Part shown: positions 36,701 to 46,059 of the stretch, one piece after another
Numbering within the stretch: position 1 is the stretch's first letter
Layout of the letters: every line of letters begins with the position of its first letter
The notes under the pieces: generated by a model
Databases searched by the model: none
What the model was told of the DNA's origin: nothing
The model's input: the letters and a program-made list of their open reading frames with translations, nothing else
Origin: an uncultured archaeon
GTDB taxonomy: Archaea; Asgardarchaeota; Lokiarchaeia; Sigyniarchaeales; SOKP01
Assembly: GCA_964508365.1 (NCBI GenBank)
Contig: CAZDTP010000027.1
Location: 1 to 47,487 of the forward strand
Length of the DNA stretch: 47,487 bases
Direction: 5' to 3'
Made by a program: the position numbers and the translations under genes

Positions 36701-37684
36701 ACCCGCACTTAAACCCTCGTATTGCACCGTTAAACTTACGTAGTGAGACTCGTTTGACAAATTTAAGGTGTTAAACACTTCGCCAAATTCCTCAAAATCC
36801 ACTTGAGTTGTTTGATTTGAATCAGTAAAATTTGAAATGTCCCCAAACAAGGATGGAATTTCTACAAGAATGTTTGAAAATTGCTCAAAGATATTATCAA
36901 CCTCAAAATTCTCTAAAAATTCTAAATCAAGTGAATCAAAATTAAAGTTGACTTGATCAATTGATTCGGTTATATCAAGATCCAGTAAATCCAAAGAATT
37001 TACCAAAAGAAATGTTGAGGATAAATGCTGGTTCTCAATATAATCTTCTGATATTAATCGTTCAATGTTTAAAGCTTTCCAATACCCGTCCATAGGAAGG
37101 TTATTAGTAATTTCGTAAAAAAACAATTCCCAATTAGGATAATATCCCACAAATGGAAAAAAGAATGGATTGGATTCATTAATCATAATAAGATCTAAAT
37201 CAAATTTTCTCTTAATAATTTCAAGAGCTCTATCTGCTCTTAATTGGATATCATCTACATTCATTTCTTCATCGTAATAAAGGAATCCTGAAAATCTATT
37301 AAATGTCATTTCGTATTGCTTACCATAACTATCCTCATTGAAGATGCGTGGAAAGATTTCTGGAGTAATTCCATTTGAAGCGCTAAAGAGAACATTACAT
37401 TTGTAAAATGCTGGATCTCTCGTATCAAAATGAGGCAATATACTTGTATCGTTAGTAAAAAGAGATTGTTTTATTAACGATTTATTCCCTGCAACAAATG
37501 CATTAATGCTTTCCGCATACAAATCTGTTCCTGCGATATCAGAAGGATGAATTAAATAATTTTCAGCTATATTTTCTCCTTCTACTTTAGGAACAGTGAA
37601 TTTTTCCATAAAAGTACTATATAGTGGAATAGAGAGAATATTCAGAATTATTATCAAAACTATTAGTTTTTTAATTATCTTCAA
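33710..37684 (-). CDS. Large secreted/surface protein with Ig-like (DUF11/CARDB/BatD-like) domains and a C-terminal TM anchor
   Basis: N-terminal hydrophobic signal. Repeated VSITVRNIG/NITAKNVG/YRNIG...LAPG strands, many N-x-S/T sequons, and a TM helix MFFVLGPSIVAAIVLIIFVY. Confidence 0.75.
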   Translation of the reverse strand: MKIIKKLIVLIIILNILSIPLYSTFMEKFTVPKVEGENIAENYLIHPSDIAGTDLYAESINAFVAGNKSLIKQSLFTNDTSILPHFDTRDPAFYKCNVLFSASNGITPEIFPRIFNEDSYGKQYEMTFNRFSGFLYYDEEMNVDDIQLRADRALEIIKRKFDLDLIMINESNPFFFPFVGYYPNWELFFYEITNNLPMDGYWKALNIERLISEDYIENQHLSSTFLLVNSLDLLDLDITESIDQVNFNFDSLDLEFLENFEVDNIFEQFSNILVEIPSLFGDISNFTDSNQTTQVDFEEFGEVFNTLNLSNESHYVSLTVQYEGLSAGIKKIGEDEFTFNLWNAIGYQGDSLQPSEKVFIALIGALMSEIDIKIFCTDILDVTPQYFTLYEFLLEQISLLLFYAGVDFDVQTLKEYSFELFWVDENGFKRSYIKPVNLNDPTNFMNFLHLLGFQGLPGIPTGLFNPIEDFEITYKISNSEPNILIVKELIGNNASHGVYNDFSFNITAKNVGNETAWGVPTPIPIELDDVFTLIIGPLGVLLGLDEDLKEAIWEVVRVEYSGQYTSLDDFFNFDKNPRLFYFDTSGTGLVDSYYPNLNNLTNLLPYNENMNNVIDIISGPNGNPQLIAALASIGLTSNSLKDTFTNKNSIWNDDNWKLEPQEIISYTQNNFSVEEFDTFSSFYKYNFSIKETFPPLPSIISGVSIADTTPQMALNTDNESWIVESEEKYIDQHEIEIQFLFQNETEIDLVNNTLDRVSILVNFSDPSNVLSFEVFNYTTEEFQDISQYLTSSINNTSTYTFVKNQRTFNWLFDPSARYNHTILLKIKGASGNLFNISINDLDIELYYRDINEYTVLGSRVIYTSSSGVVEYVRKSNTISLSTYEMSSLVAYAYLASYSSNVGNINNYSLIYRNIGSNFAKNINISIPIPGIIFNPINFTIEENYLKYTISELAPGAEERVAFSFYVPNSAILSNTIINYNNSEHIQNLNSTSLETFPNEVCFSAPVDYLSRVPYIKTIEIYYNTSNLAPAIGEELNLSIYIRNTSPEGINIQNLSISMNDQYGDLARIDNETLTLANIGYNEIRSVNFTLIKRDWKGYYYPSVNYFENSDNSLIQIALSNPIILGIVNFSIVKSVDENQIEIGDVIDVSITVRNIGNICAKNITINDASSFTNINFELVSGSLINTISNLSPGEQITFSYKIQAITKVIVKLKPASIEHYYLRKSIDTSNWVDIKVVIPENIQMFFVLGPSIVAAIVLIIFVYQTRRYKVKKYELLRNELMLFKISRSDAILKIENTLRDRFNSMSITQEDVTIEKENEGEVDS

Positions 37685-37700
37685 TATTTATCAAATCCTC

Positions 37701-40673
37701 CTACATAGTTTCTCTGTAAATTTCAATGATTTTCTTTTTTCGGGATCTCCTTAATAACAACTTAATTCCAATCAATGTAAAGATAATTGAGAGTGAAAAA
37801 ACTATGATCATATCAGATAACGGAAAAATAGGAATATTTGGCAAGCCACTCATCAAATTCAATGACATGGTTAACAATAACCCTGTTACCCATCCTACTA
37901 TAACCCCTACTGTCCCACTACTCATCATTATAATTAATGATTCAATTGTGAACAATCGTACGATTTCTTTGCCTTTTAGACCTAATGTTCTGATGATTCC
38001 AATTTCTTTCTTTCTTTCGATAATTGACGAATAAGAAGATGAAAGTAAACCAAAAAGGCAGATTAAAACTGTTGCGTCTAATGTTATTGAAAAAAATATA
38101 TTGACAATTGAAAATAATAATTGTTGTTGCGTAACTCTCTGTTGTAAGCTAATAACTTCAAAATCAAAATCATCCTCGTTCTCTTTGACGAGTGCCATTA
38201 TATTTTGAGATAATCCTTGGGAATATAAATTAAGTTTAACAAAAATTTTTTCCAGATAGGGAATAGGAGGGATATCCATAAGCGTCATATAAATGTCTTG
38301 CGAAATCATGACTCCTCCCATGTTTGCTGATGCGCTGGACCTCCCAAATTCCGAAGAAAATCCCGGCATAGCTGCTGCTACTCCCGCGATTTTAAATGTG
38401 TATATCTCATTTTCATAACCACGCTTAATTGAAATCCGAATTACATCCCCTAAATGCATATCTAAGCTTACAGACAAACCCTCGGAAATAATACACGTAT
38501 ATCCATCTGGACTGCTAAAAAGTTGTTCAAAAGACGAAATAATTTCACCTTGAGTAAAATCTACATATTGAGTTTTAATTGTAGAGGGATATTGTTCATC
38601 AATTCCTATTAAAGTAATTTCTTGGGTTGTTAAACCTGCGTAATCGCCAATCTCTGCGGTAAATTCTTGGCCTTCCTCTGAATAAATTTGAGTTAGGTGA
38701 AATGGACTCGCGATTACTGTAGAAACTCTCTCAATTCCCTCCATCTCTAACAATTCTTCTTCGAAATCGCTTGTCAAGATTCTATTAGGATTAATATTAT
38801 ATCCATTTTCTTGAGAAATACTGAGAATACCACCACCCCCTCCAAATAAAGTTAAAGCTTCAACTTCTTCTGGTTCATACCAACCTTGCGTCTCTATAAC
38901 TAAATCTGCTCCGTAGTTAAGGTGTGCACCAACTACCGATTCATTAGATAAGAAACTAAATATACTAGAAGTAAATATGATGAAAGAAAAAGTAAAAGCA
39001 AAAGTAAGAACAGTACTAGAATTTCTCCTTGCATATCGAAATATAAAAATTTTATACACTGGTGCTATTTTCCTACCAAATATTCTAAATAACCTTATAA
39101 AAAGTCTTAATATCAAGGGTAATATGGCTAGTCCTGCAAATGTCATTCCAATTAAAAAAATTACGAGAAGAACTATTAAAGTACCTGACATCAGCGCTAA
39201 ATCTCCAGTAGTTAATATTCTTGGAATAACAAAAAGGACAAAGGCACCATTTGCCGCCAATATAACACCAACTATTAATAATTTATAATTCACGGTAGCT
39301 TTTTTCTGGAGCTTATATAAAACATCTTCTTTCCGGTAAGGGTGAATTGATTCGATTAATTGGAGTTTCATCACTTTTACTGCTGGAGAAATGCTCACTA
39401 TAAGTCCTACGCTTACTCCTATAAAATATGATATTAAAATTGACCAAATAGTTATAGAAAATGTAACATTGCCAGCTAATCCCGGGATGGATTCTGCTAC
39501 GGCTGCTCCTGCGAAGGGAAGTATAATATATTGAGCGAGTAATTCAGCAAAAATGATACCTAATATCGTTCCAAAATTACATAACAAAAATCCTTGAACT
39601 AACACAATAAACAAATTATACTTCTTTGTAGCACCCACTGTCCTAAAAATTCCGAATTCTCTTATTCGTTCTTCCACTGAAGTTTTAAGTATTCCGTTAA
39701 TTAGTACTCCTGATATTAACATAGTGATCATAGATACAAACACAAAAATTATTGTTATTCCAACACTTAGAAATTCGGAAAAGCCCAAGACTTCTAATTT
39801 AGGTAATTCAATTTTAAATTCATTAATCCCTATTAATAGTTGAATATCACCCGCTAAATCTTTTACCCGATTTTCAGAACCTTCAATATCTCGAGAGTCA
39901 TACAAATTTAAGCCTTTTTTTACCGTAAGAATTAATTCATTACATGTTCCATTAATGGTTTCATTTCCAAAGAGATCATAAAGAGTGTTGATATCAACAA
40001 CAATTAATGGTCTATATGTATAGCTAACTGGCCATTTTAATTGAAAATCAAAAATTCGATCAATTGTAAAGTTTTTAACTCTCAAAAGATTTTTACTACC
40101 ATGTCGTAAACCCATACTAATTTCAATTGTGTCATTTTCTGCGTATCTTATTTCCTCATTCAACTTGTAATAAATGGCACAGTGATATAACGATAATTCT
40201 GTTAAGTCTAATAATTCATTTGATCCAGGTGTAATAAAACTCCCAAACTTTAATCTGTTTTCCAAAGTGAAGTTTATACCCGAGATCGATACTCCTACCG
40301 TTTCATTTTCTAATTCTTGGGTTCCAACCCCTTTCGATATGTTCACATCACCTTGTAAACCCATTCTTGGAATAAATCCTCCAATTTCGTCTATATTATT
40401 CTGTATCGTTTTTATTAACGGTTGAAACTCGAAATAATTAGATCTATTGTCTGGTTCACCATTATAATGCCTAACATTAATGTTAAAATCTTGTTGACCT
40501 GCGTCTATGCTAAGATAATCAGTAAATGTAACCGAAATAGAATCAGATAAAAAAAGAATCAGTGCTAAAAGCCCTACAGAAATCATTATACCAATTATGC
40601 CTAACGATGATCTTACTTTATGACGCGATAGGTCTTTAAATGCGTATTTGAATACTAATGTTATATTAGACAT
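37701..40673 (-). CDS. FtsX/MacB-like ABC permease (two fused repeats), copy 1
   Basis: VEERIREFGIFRTVG and IERKKEIGIIRTLG motifs. Same architecture and similar length as 25935-28901. Confidence 0.92.
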   Translation of the reverse strand: MSNITLVFKYAFKDLSRHKVRSSLGIIGIMISVGLLALILFLSDSISVTFTDYLSIDAGQQDFNINVRHYNGEPDNRSNYFEFQPLIKTIQNNIDEIGGFIPRMGLQGDVNISKGVGTQELENETVGVSISGINFTLENRLKFGSFITPGSNELLDLTELSLYHCAIYYKLNEEIRYAENDTIEISMGLRHGSKNLLRVKNFTIDRIFDFQLKWPVSYTYRPLIVVDINTLYDLFGNETINGTCNELILTVKKGLNLYDSRDIEGSENRVKDLAGDIQLLIGINEFKIELPKLEVLGFSEFLSVGITIIFVFVSMITMLISGVLINGILKTSVEERIREFGIFRTVGATKKYNLFIVLVQGFLLCNFGTILGIIFAELLAQYIILPFAGAAVAESIPGLAGNVTFSITIWSILISYFIGVSVGLIVSISPAVKVMKLQLIESIHPYRKEDVLYKLQKKATVNYKLLIVGVILAANGAFVLFVIPRILTTGDLALMSGTLIVLLVIFLIGMTFAGLAILPLILRLFIRLFRIFGRKIAPVYKIFIFRYARRNSSTVLTFAFTFSFIIFTSSIFSFLSNESVVGAHLNYGADLVIETQGWYEPEEVEALTLFGGGGGILSISQENGYNINPNRILTSDFEEELLEMEGIERVSTVIASPFHLTQIYSEEGQEFTAEIGDYAGLTTQEITLIGIDEQYPSTIKTQYVDFTQGEIISSFEQLFSSPDGYTCIISEGLSVSLDMHLGDVIRISIKRGYENEIYTFKIAGVAAAMPGFSSEFGRSSASANMGGVMISQDIYMTLMDIPPIPYLEKIFVKLNLYSQGLSQNIMALVKENEDDFDFEVISLQQRVTQQQLLFSIVNIFFSITLDATVLICLFGLLSSSYSSIIERKKEIGIIRTLGLKGKEIVRLFTIESLIIMMSSGTVGVIVGWVTGLLLTMSLNLMSGLPNIPIFPLSDMIIVFSLSIIFTLIGIKLLLRRSRKKKIIEIYRETM

Positions 40674-40724
40674 ATGAGGTAAAAAATTATAAATTTTATT
40701 TTAAATATTAAGTCGATGAATTTC

Positions 40725-41903
40725 TTATTCTAAAAACAATTCATCTCCAATAACTTTTCCACTAATATTATTTTCTTGTAATAATTCCACAAGAATATCG
40801 TTAAAATGTTCTGGTAAGTTCATAAGAATTGGATTTGGAACACTATTTTTAATTTCACTTACTTGGATATGATTTTTCCCTTGATTAGTGAAGAGATATC
40901 TAAAAATCATATTTTTACATTTTTCTTTATTAATTTCAGAGTCATGTTTCCTTTGTAACTGCATAGTTTCTGTTTCTTTTAAACCTCCAATTTTCCCCTT
41001 GTCGGTTAATTTTCCATCTCTCATGTGAAACACTTTTGAAGCGAACTCAGATACAGCTGCATCGTGAGAAACAGATATAAAAGTTGCCCCTCTCTTGTTT
41101 AAATCCCTAAGTAAATTTAAGATCATTACTCCAGTTTTTGAGTCCAAATCACCAGTAGGTTCATCTAATACGCATATAGCCGGATCGTTTGCAAATGCTC
41201 TAGCTATTGCAACCCTTTGCTGCTCCCCTCCACTTAACTCTGAAGGAGCATGATGGGAACGTTCTTCTAATCCAACAAGAGTTAATAAATCCATTGCTTT
41301 TTTTCTCTTACCTCTTCTACTTAACTTTCCGGAAAAATGTAAAGGAACCATCACATTTTCTAAAGCGGTCATTTGAGGTAGTAAATTATAGAATTGAAAT
41401 ACAAAGCCAATTCTTTCTCTTCTTATTTCTGCTAAGGCGTTGTCGTTAAGCATAGAAATATTTCGTCCTTCCAAGAAAATCTTTCCTCTCGTAGGAGTAT
41501 CTAATCCACCTATAAGATTTAATAGTGTTGTTTTGCCACTTCCTGAAGGACCCATTATATCTATGAAATTACCTTTATCAATCGTTAGATCAACGCCGCG
41601 TAAAGCCGCGACCGCTGTAGTTCCAAGTAAATAAGTTTTGTGTAAGTTTTCTACAACAATTAGATGCTCATAATCTCTTCCCACTTCTTTTTCTTGTTTT
41701 AATTCTGATTTGAATTTCTTTCTTTCTTCACGAGAGAGGGAAAGCGATTCCAAATTCTCCTTTTTTATCGTATTTTTTTGTTTTTTCATTTGCCATTTTC
41801 GAAATTCTTTACTTTCATTTCCTTTCCATATCGCAAGTTTTCCAGTTTCGTTTTCGTATTCATCCATTTCCTGAGTTTTTTTAACTATTCTTCCTTCAGA
41901 CAT
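40725..41903 (-). CDS. ABC ATPase, LolD/MacB family, with N- and C-terminal extensions
   Basis: Walker A GPSGSGKTT, FVFQFYNL, LSGGEQQRVAIARA, LDEPTGDLD and SHD. Confidence 0.95.
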   Translation of the reverse strand: MSEGRIVKKTQEMDEYENETGKLAIWKGNESKEFRKWQMKKQKNTIKKENLESLSLSREERKKFKSELKQEKEVGRDYEHLIVVENLHKTYLLGTTAVAALRGVDLTIDKGNFIDIMGPSGSGKTTLLNLIGGLDTPTRGKIFLEGRNISMLNDNALAEIRRERIGFVFQFYNLLPQMTALENVMVPLHFSGKLSRRGKRKKAMDLLTLVGLEERSHHAPSELSGGEQQRVAIARAFANDPAICVLDEPTGDLDSKTGVMILNLLRDLNKRGATFISVSHDAAVSEFASKVFHMRDGKLTDKGKIGGLKETETMQLQRKHDSEINKEKCKNMIFRYLFTNQGKNHIQVSEIKNSVPNPILMNLPEHFNDILVELLQENNISGKVIGDELFLE

Positions 41904-42078
41904 TAAGATTAACCCTTTTTTGAGTTTAGAAATATAAATTGTAGAACTAATACTAAGATAATCTTTATTGCAGTAGGTTTAGAAGTATTAGGAAGGTTTT
42001 AAACCTTAATATTCTATTTTATTCGAATATCTAATAAAAATTATTTTAGATATAAAACGATTGAAATAGGGGTAAATT

Positions 42079-42801
42079 TCATTTTCCTTGTAAGTATTTT
42101 AAAATTTTCAAACTAATATTTTTTTCTGCATCTTGTTTTGATTTAAGTTTATCCGATTTCAAGGAATTAGGTACCGTAATTAATTCTTTCTTATTGTTAT
42201 CAATTATTTTTGGATTTTTTGCAATCCAGCGAGCATCATTATCTGGACCTAGCTTTTCAAAATCACATACTATTGTGGGTGTTATCTTGAATTTATTCTG
42301 TAAATATTCTAAAAGCTGATTTTTATATAAGTGTGGTGATTCCTTTATTAACGACTCCCAATCAGTTATAAATCTATCAATAATTATTTTTTCAACAACT
42401 TGTAGATTATTCCCTGAATCGATAAAAATTGCTCCGCATATCGCTTCGAATACATCAGCAAGTATTGAAGTGTCTTTTACTCTTTGCTTATTAGAGGAAA
42501 AAATATATTTCCACAATTCCATTTCCGTCGCTACTTTTTGAAAAGTTTGGTTATCCTCTAAATGTGCCTTAATTATAGTTAATCTGCCAGGATCAACTTC
42601 ACCTTTATTATAGAGTTTTAAACTAAAGATTAATTTAATTACAGCATCCCCAAGCGTTTCGAGGATTTGATAGTGAAGAAGGCTTTTTTCGTTAGCAAAT
42701 TGGGGCGTAGTTAAGGCTTGAAGCAGCATTTCAGATTTATTAAAACGATAATTTATAAAATCTTGAAATTGATCTAGTAGGTCTACTGTAACCTTATCCA
42801 T
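42079..42801 (-). CDS. rnc: Ribonuclease III (RNase III domain plus dsRBD)
   Basis: LLQALT, signature variant QILETLGDA, LADVFEAICGAIFIDSG, and dsRBD YKNQLLEY...SKQDAEKN. Confidence 0.88.
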   Translation of the reverse strand: MDKVTVDLLDQFQDFINYRFNKSEMLLQALTTPQFANEKSLLHYQILETLGDAVIKLIFSLKLYNKGEVDPGRLTIIKAHLEDNQTFQKVATEMELWKYIFSSNKQRVKDTSILADVFEAICGAIFIDSGNNLQVVEKIIIDRFITDWESLIKESPHLYKNQLLEYLQNKFKITPTIVCDFEKLGPDNDARWIAKNPKIIDNNKKELITVPNSLKSDKLKSKQDAEKNISLKILKYLQGK

Positions 42802-42855
42802 ACTTTTATAAAATGTAAGGATAAATTTAAAAATTTAAATAAAGTTAGTTAGTAT

Positions 42856-43287
42856 ATGGAGCGAGAAAATTTATTAAAAGCTCTTTCACTTATAGAAGAC
42901 TTCGAGCAAAAAAATGTAGAAATAGATGAGGTTCTTTCAAATTTGCCAATATCCTCTCGTATTGAACTTCTTCAGGAAATTACGCGAGATATCATTGAAC
43001 AGAATAGCATTATTAAAGAACATGGATTTGCTAAAGAAAACATCTGTGATCCAGAATCATCAAATCAAGAGAACTCATCAATAAATTTGCTAATAGATAA
43101 TCTCATTTCAAATATTCAAAAAAATCCTTCCAAAAAAGTGCTCTATTTACGGTTATTCCTTGAAAGATTTCGAGATATTTCTGATCAAGATAAAAATGTT
43201 GTTATCCAGTCTATAAAGGATGAAGACTCTAAAGGATTAAAAGAAAAAATATTATCAATTTTAAAAGTATTCCAATTGGAAGGATGA
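42856..43287 (+). CDS. Hypothetical helical protein
   Basis: Intact 143-aa ORF filling an intergenic gap. No family recognised. Confidence 0.7.
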   Translation: MERENLLKALSLIEDFEQKNVEIDEVLSNLPISSRIELLQEITRDIIEQNSIIKEHGFAKENICDPESSNQENSSINLLIDNLISNIQKNPSKKVLYLRLFLERFRDISDQDKNVVIQSIKDEDSKGLKEKILSILKVFQLEG

Positions 43288-43353
43288 ATAGAAAAAATAG
43301 ATTTGATATGATCTCGAATTTAATTACTTAATCCCATTTGAAGTTATCTTATC

Positions 43354-43752
43354 CTATTCATATTCAAACAGTTTCATTAAAATGAGAACATTTTTAATAC
43401 CTTTTATTTTGACCCGAAAAGTGATGACTTTCCAAATAATAGATCCCATTGAAATATCACCCCCTCCCAAGAGTTCTACAAACACTTGAGTTTTTGCCTG
43501 TAGTAATCCATCCCAACCTAGAACCTTTTTAGATATATTCGATTTTGGGTTGTTTTCAATGCCCTCAACATAGATACTACCCTTTTCTATCACTAAAAGT
43601 GCAGCATATTTCCCATCTTTGGCATTTAAAAGAATTTTAATTAAAGAATCTTTAAAATCTTCTTTAAATTGCTCAATTGTGTTCAAGACTTCTATCTCCT
43701 TAGCCACAATCTTGGCAAATCCTTTTAATCGCGTCTTTTTTTCTTCAGTCAT
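43354..43752 (-). CDS. SCP2 sterol/lipid-binding-like protein
   Basis: Small alpha/beta protein ending FVELLGG...VITFRVKIKGIKNVLILMKLF, typical of SCP2 C-termini. Confidence 0.6.
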   Translation of the reverse strand: MTEEKKTRLKGFAKIVAKEIEVLNTIEQFKEDFKDSLIKILLNAKDGKYAALLVIEKGSIYVEGIENNPKSNISKKVLGWDGLLQAKTQVFVELLGGGDISMGSIIWKVITFRVKIKGIKNVLILMKLFEYE

Positions 43753-43906
43753 GGTTTATCATTCATTAAAGTAAAATCGTGATACGATAATTTCCTATTA
43801 ATTTAATTCTAATAATAATAATATATCTTTAAAATTGTCTTTTTTAACATTTAATACTAAGAAGAAGAATGATTCTATATCTGAGGAATGTTATCGCTCT
43901 GTAAGG

Positions 43907-44158
43907 TTAAAATCCCTCAGCACTACCAAGATCAAAGAATTCTTCAAATGCTTTTCTATCTTGATCAGAAATTTTAGCACTATTCATAGTTTCTTTCACA
44001 ACGATAGGAGCTGACTCTTTCTCGTCGTGTTTAATCTTTTTAACTATTTTAAAATCTTCTGCTTCAGCATCTAAATCGAATTCTTTATCGCATGCCTTGC
44101 AATATACTATTCCGTTTTTTGGAAAGATTATATTGTCGCAATCTGGACAGAACTTCAT
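43907..44158 (-). CDS. TFS/RpoM(Rpb9)-like protein with only the N-terminal Zn ribbon
   Basis: MKFCPDCDNIIFP...YCKAC. No second CxxC and no D-E hairpin. Confidence 0.75.
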   Translation of the reverse strand: MKFCPDCDNIIFPKNGIVYCKACDKEFDLDAEAEDFKIVKKIKHDEKESAPIVVKETMNSAKISDQDRKAFEEFFDLGSAEGF

Positions 44159-44459
44159 AATTTTATTTTTTTGGTTAACTATTCCTTAGGTGTCTTGTAT
44201 ATTATTCTATTGTCAATTAATATTTAAAATACTTAACATTTATAAACTTAACGGCGTCCAATGAGAGGATTTGAGTTTAGATATTTAAATTTTTCTTTTA
44301 CATTATTATTGTATAACTAATAAAAAGGTTATGAGAAATTAGTTTAAGCAAATAAAAGATATGAGAAGACATACTTTTATATTTCAATCTATTTAAATTT
44401 AGTCAAATATATAATTTTAATTAAAAAGTAATATTAAATTTCTTCAGCAAAAGTAGTTT

Positions 44460-45212
44460 TTGAGTGAGTTTTGTACAATGAGAGATTTGAAAAATCGTAC
44501 CTTAATTATAGGTCATCGTGGAGCAAGTGTAATTGCTCCCGAAAACACGCTAAAAGCATTTAAAAAAGCTATTGAACTTAAAGCGGACTACATAGAGTTT
44601 GATGTTCAAGAAACTCTTGATGGAGAGTTAGTAATAGTTCACGATGAAGATATTAAAAGGATAACTGGTCGCGATGGAATAATCTCTAAAATGACTCTCA
44701 ATGAATTAAAAATGTTGGATTTTGGTGAAGGTGAAAAAATTCCCACATTGAAAGAATTAGTTAAACTAACAAAAAACAGGATTAAATTAAATTGCGAAAT
44801 CAAGGTTGAAAAAATAACTGAAAAGGTGATAGAAATACTCCGAGAATGGGAGATTCTCGATACAACTATAATCAGTTCATTTATCCATGAAGAGCTCTTG
44901 GCAATTCAAAAATTAGAGCCTTCGATAAAATTAGCATCACTTGAACCAACTCCAGGGATAATAAAAATCGATTGGGCTAAAAAGAAGGAAATGATTGAAT
45001 ACTGTATTAACAATAAACTTTACGCGATAAATCCTATCGTTATGATGGTAGATCAGCAATTCGTTGATTTTGCCCATGCAAATGATATCAAGGTCTTTCC
45101 TTGGACAGTTGATTCTAGAGTGTCTATAAAAAAACTCATAAGACTGGGCGCTGATGGGATAATAACCAATGATATTACTAAAGTAAAAGATATTTTACAA
45201 TCATTTTCATAA
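44460..45212 (+). CDS. Glycerophosphodiester phosphodiesterase
   Basis: IGHRGAS...PENT, IEFDVQET, VIVHD and FPWTVD...DGIITN. Start could be ATG 44478. Confidence 0.95.
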   Translation: MSEFCTMRDLKNRTLIIGHRGASVIAPENTLKAFKKAIELKADYIEFDVQETLDGELVIVHDEDIKRITGRDGIISKMTLNELKMLDFGEGEKIPTLKELVKLTKNRIKLNCEIKVEKITEKVIEILREWEILDTTIISSFIHEELLAIQKLEPSIKLASLEPTPGIIKIDWAKKKEMIEYCINNKLYAINPIVMMVDQQFVDFAHANDIKVFPWTVDSRVSIKKLIRLGADGIITNDITKVKDILQSFS

Positions 45213-45244
45213 AAAAATGGTTAAGATTAGAAAAGGTCTTATTC

Positions 45245-45964
45245 ATGAAAAAAAAAAATGCTGATGTGCTTGTAATCGGACATAAGGGTGCGAGCGCAAT
45301 AGCTCCCGGAAATACATTAAAAGCGTTTCAGAAAGCTATTGACTTACGAGCTGATTATGTGGAATTTGACTCACATTTAACTAAAGACGGTGAAATTGTC
45401 ATAATTCATGATGCAGATACGTATAATTCAACTGGAGTTCATGGTTTGATTAAGGATAAAACTTTAGAAGAGATAAAGAAGTTAGATGCGGGCGAAGGCG
45501 AGCGAATACCCACTTTACAGGAACTAATAGCAATTGCTAAAGGTAAAATTGGTCTCCAATTGGAAATAAAATCTACAGGACTTCTTGAAAGGATGGTGCA
45601 AATTTTAGGAAAAGAAGATTTAATTCAAAATTCTATTATAAGCTGTTTTGCGTTTGATGAACTGGTAAAATTAAAGGAAATTGAACCTAAAATTAAAATA
45701 GGATTCTTACTGCCGGCTGAATTAGTGCGATCACAATTAATAAAAAGAAAGATTTTAAAATGTGTAAAAGAAGGTTTTTATGCCATTCATCCACATTTTA
45801 GTACAGTTGATAAAGAGATTGTAGAGTTTGCCCATACAAACGACATTAACGTAAATGTATGGACCGTAAACGATAGTGATATAATGAAGAACTTAATCCA
45901 ATTAGGCGTCGATGGGATAATTACTGATGACATTTCGCTAGCTCATGAAATGATTGGTTCATAA
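45245..45964 (+). CDS. Glycerophosphodiester phosphodiesterase, tandem paralogue
   Basis: IGHKGAS...PGNT, VEFDSH, IIHD and VWTVND...DGIITD. Confidence 0.93.
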   Translation: MKKKNADVLVIGHKGASAIAPGNTLKAFQKAIDLRADYVEFDSHLTKDGEIVIIHDADTYNSTGVHGLIKDKTLEEIKKLDAGEGERIPTLQELIAIAKGKIGLQLEIKSTGLLERMVQILGKEDLIQNSIISCFAFDELVKLKEIEPKIKIGFLLPAELVRSQLIKRKILKCVKEGFYAIHPHFSTVDKEIVEFAHTNDINVNVWTVNDSDIMKNLIQLGVDGIITDDISLAHEMIGS

Positions 45965-46059
45965 AATTACATTAAAAACTGAAATAATCATAATAAATTA
46001 TTTTAGTCAAGTTCTATTATATTTTTTAATAACTAAAACGAATTTTTCTTAGTTTAACA

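Noticed and set aside
40676-40688. GAGGTAAAAAATT, identical to the right arm of palindrome copy A (3001-3013)
   Set aside because: It is a half-site only, with no matching left arm. The word is low-complexity, and a similar one occurs inside glmU.
43753-43906. Frameshifted C-terminal Zn ribbon for the TFS-like gene
   Set aside because: No CxxC or RSADE-like sequence in the minus-strand frames after the stop.
44250-44280. GGCGTCCAATGAGAGGATTTGA, vaguely like a reversed tRNA 3' end
   Set aside because: No T-stem or acceptor-stem pairing, and no matching tRNA in the window.
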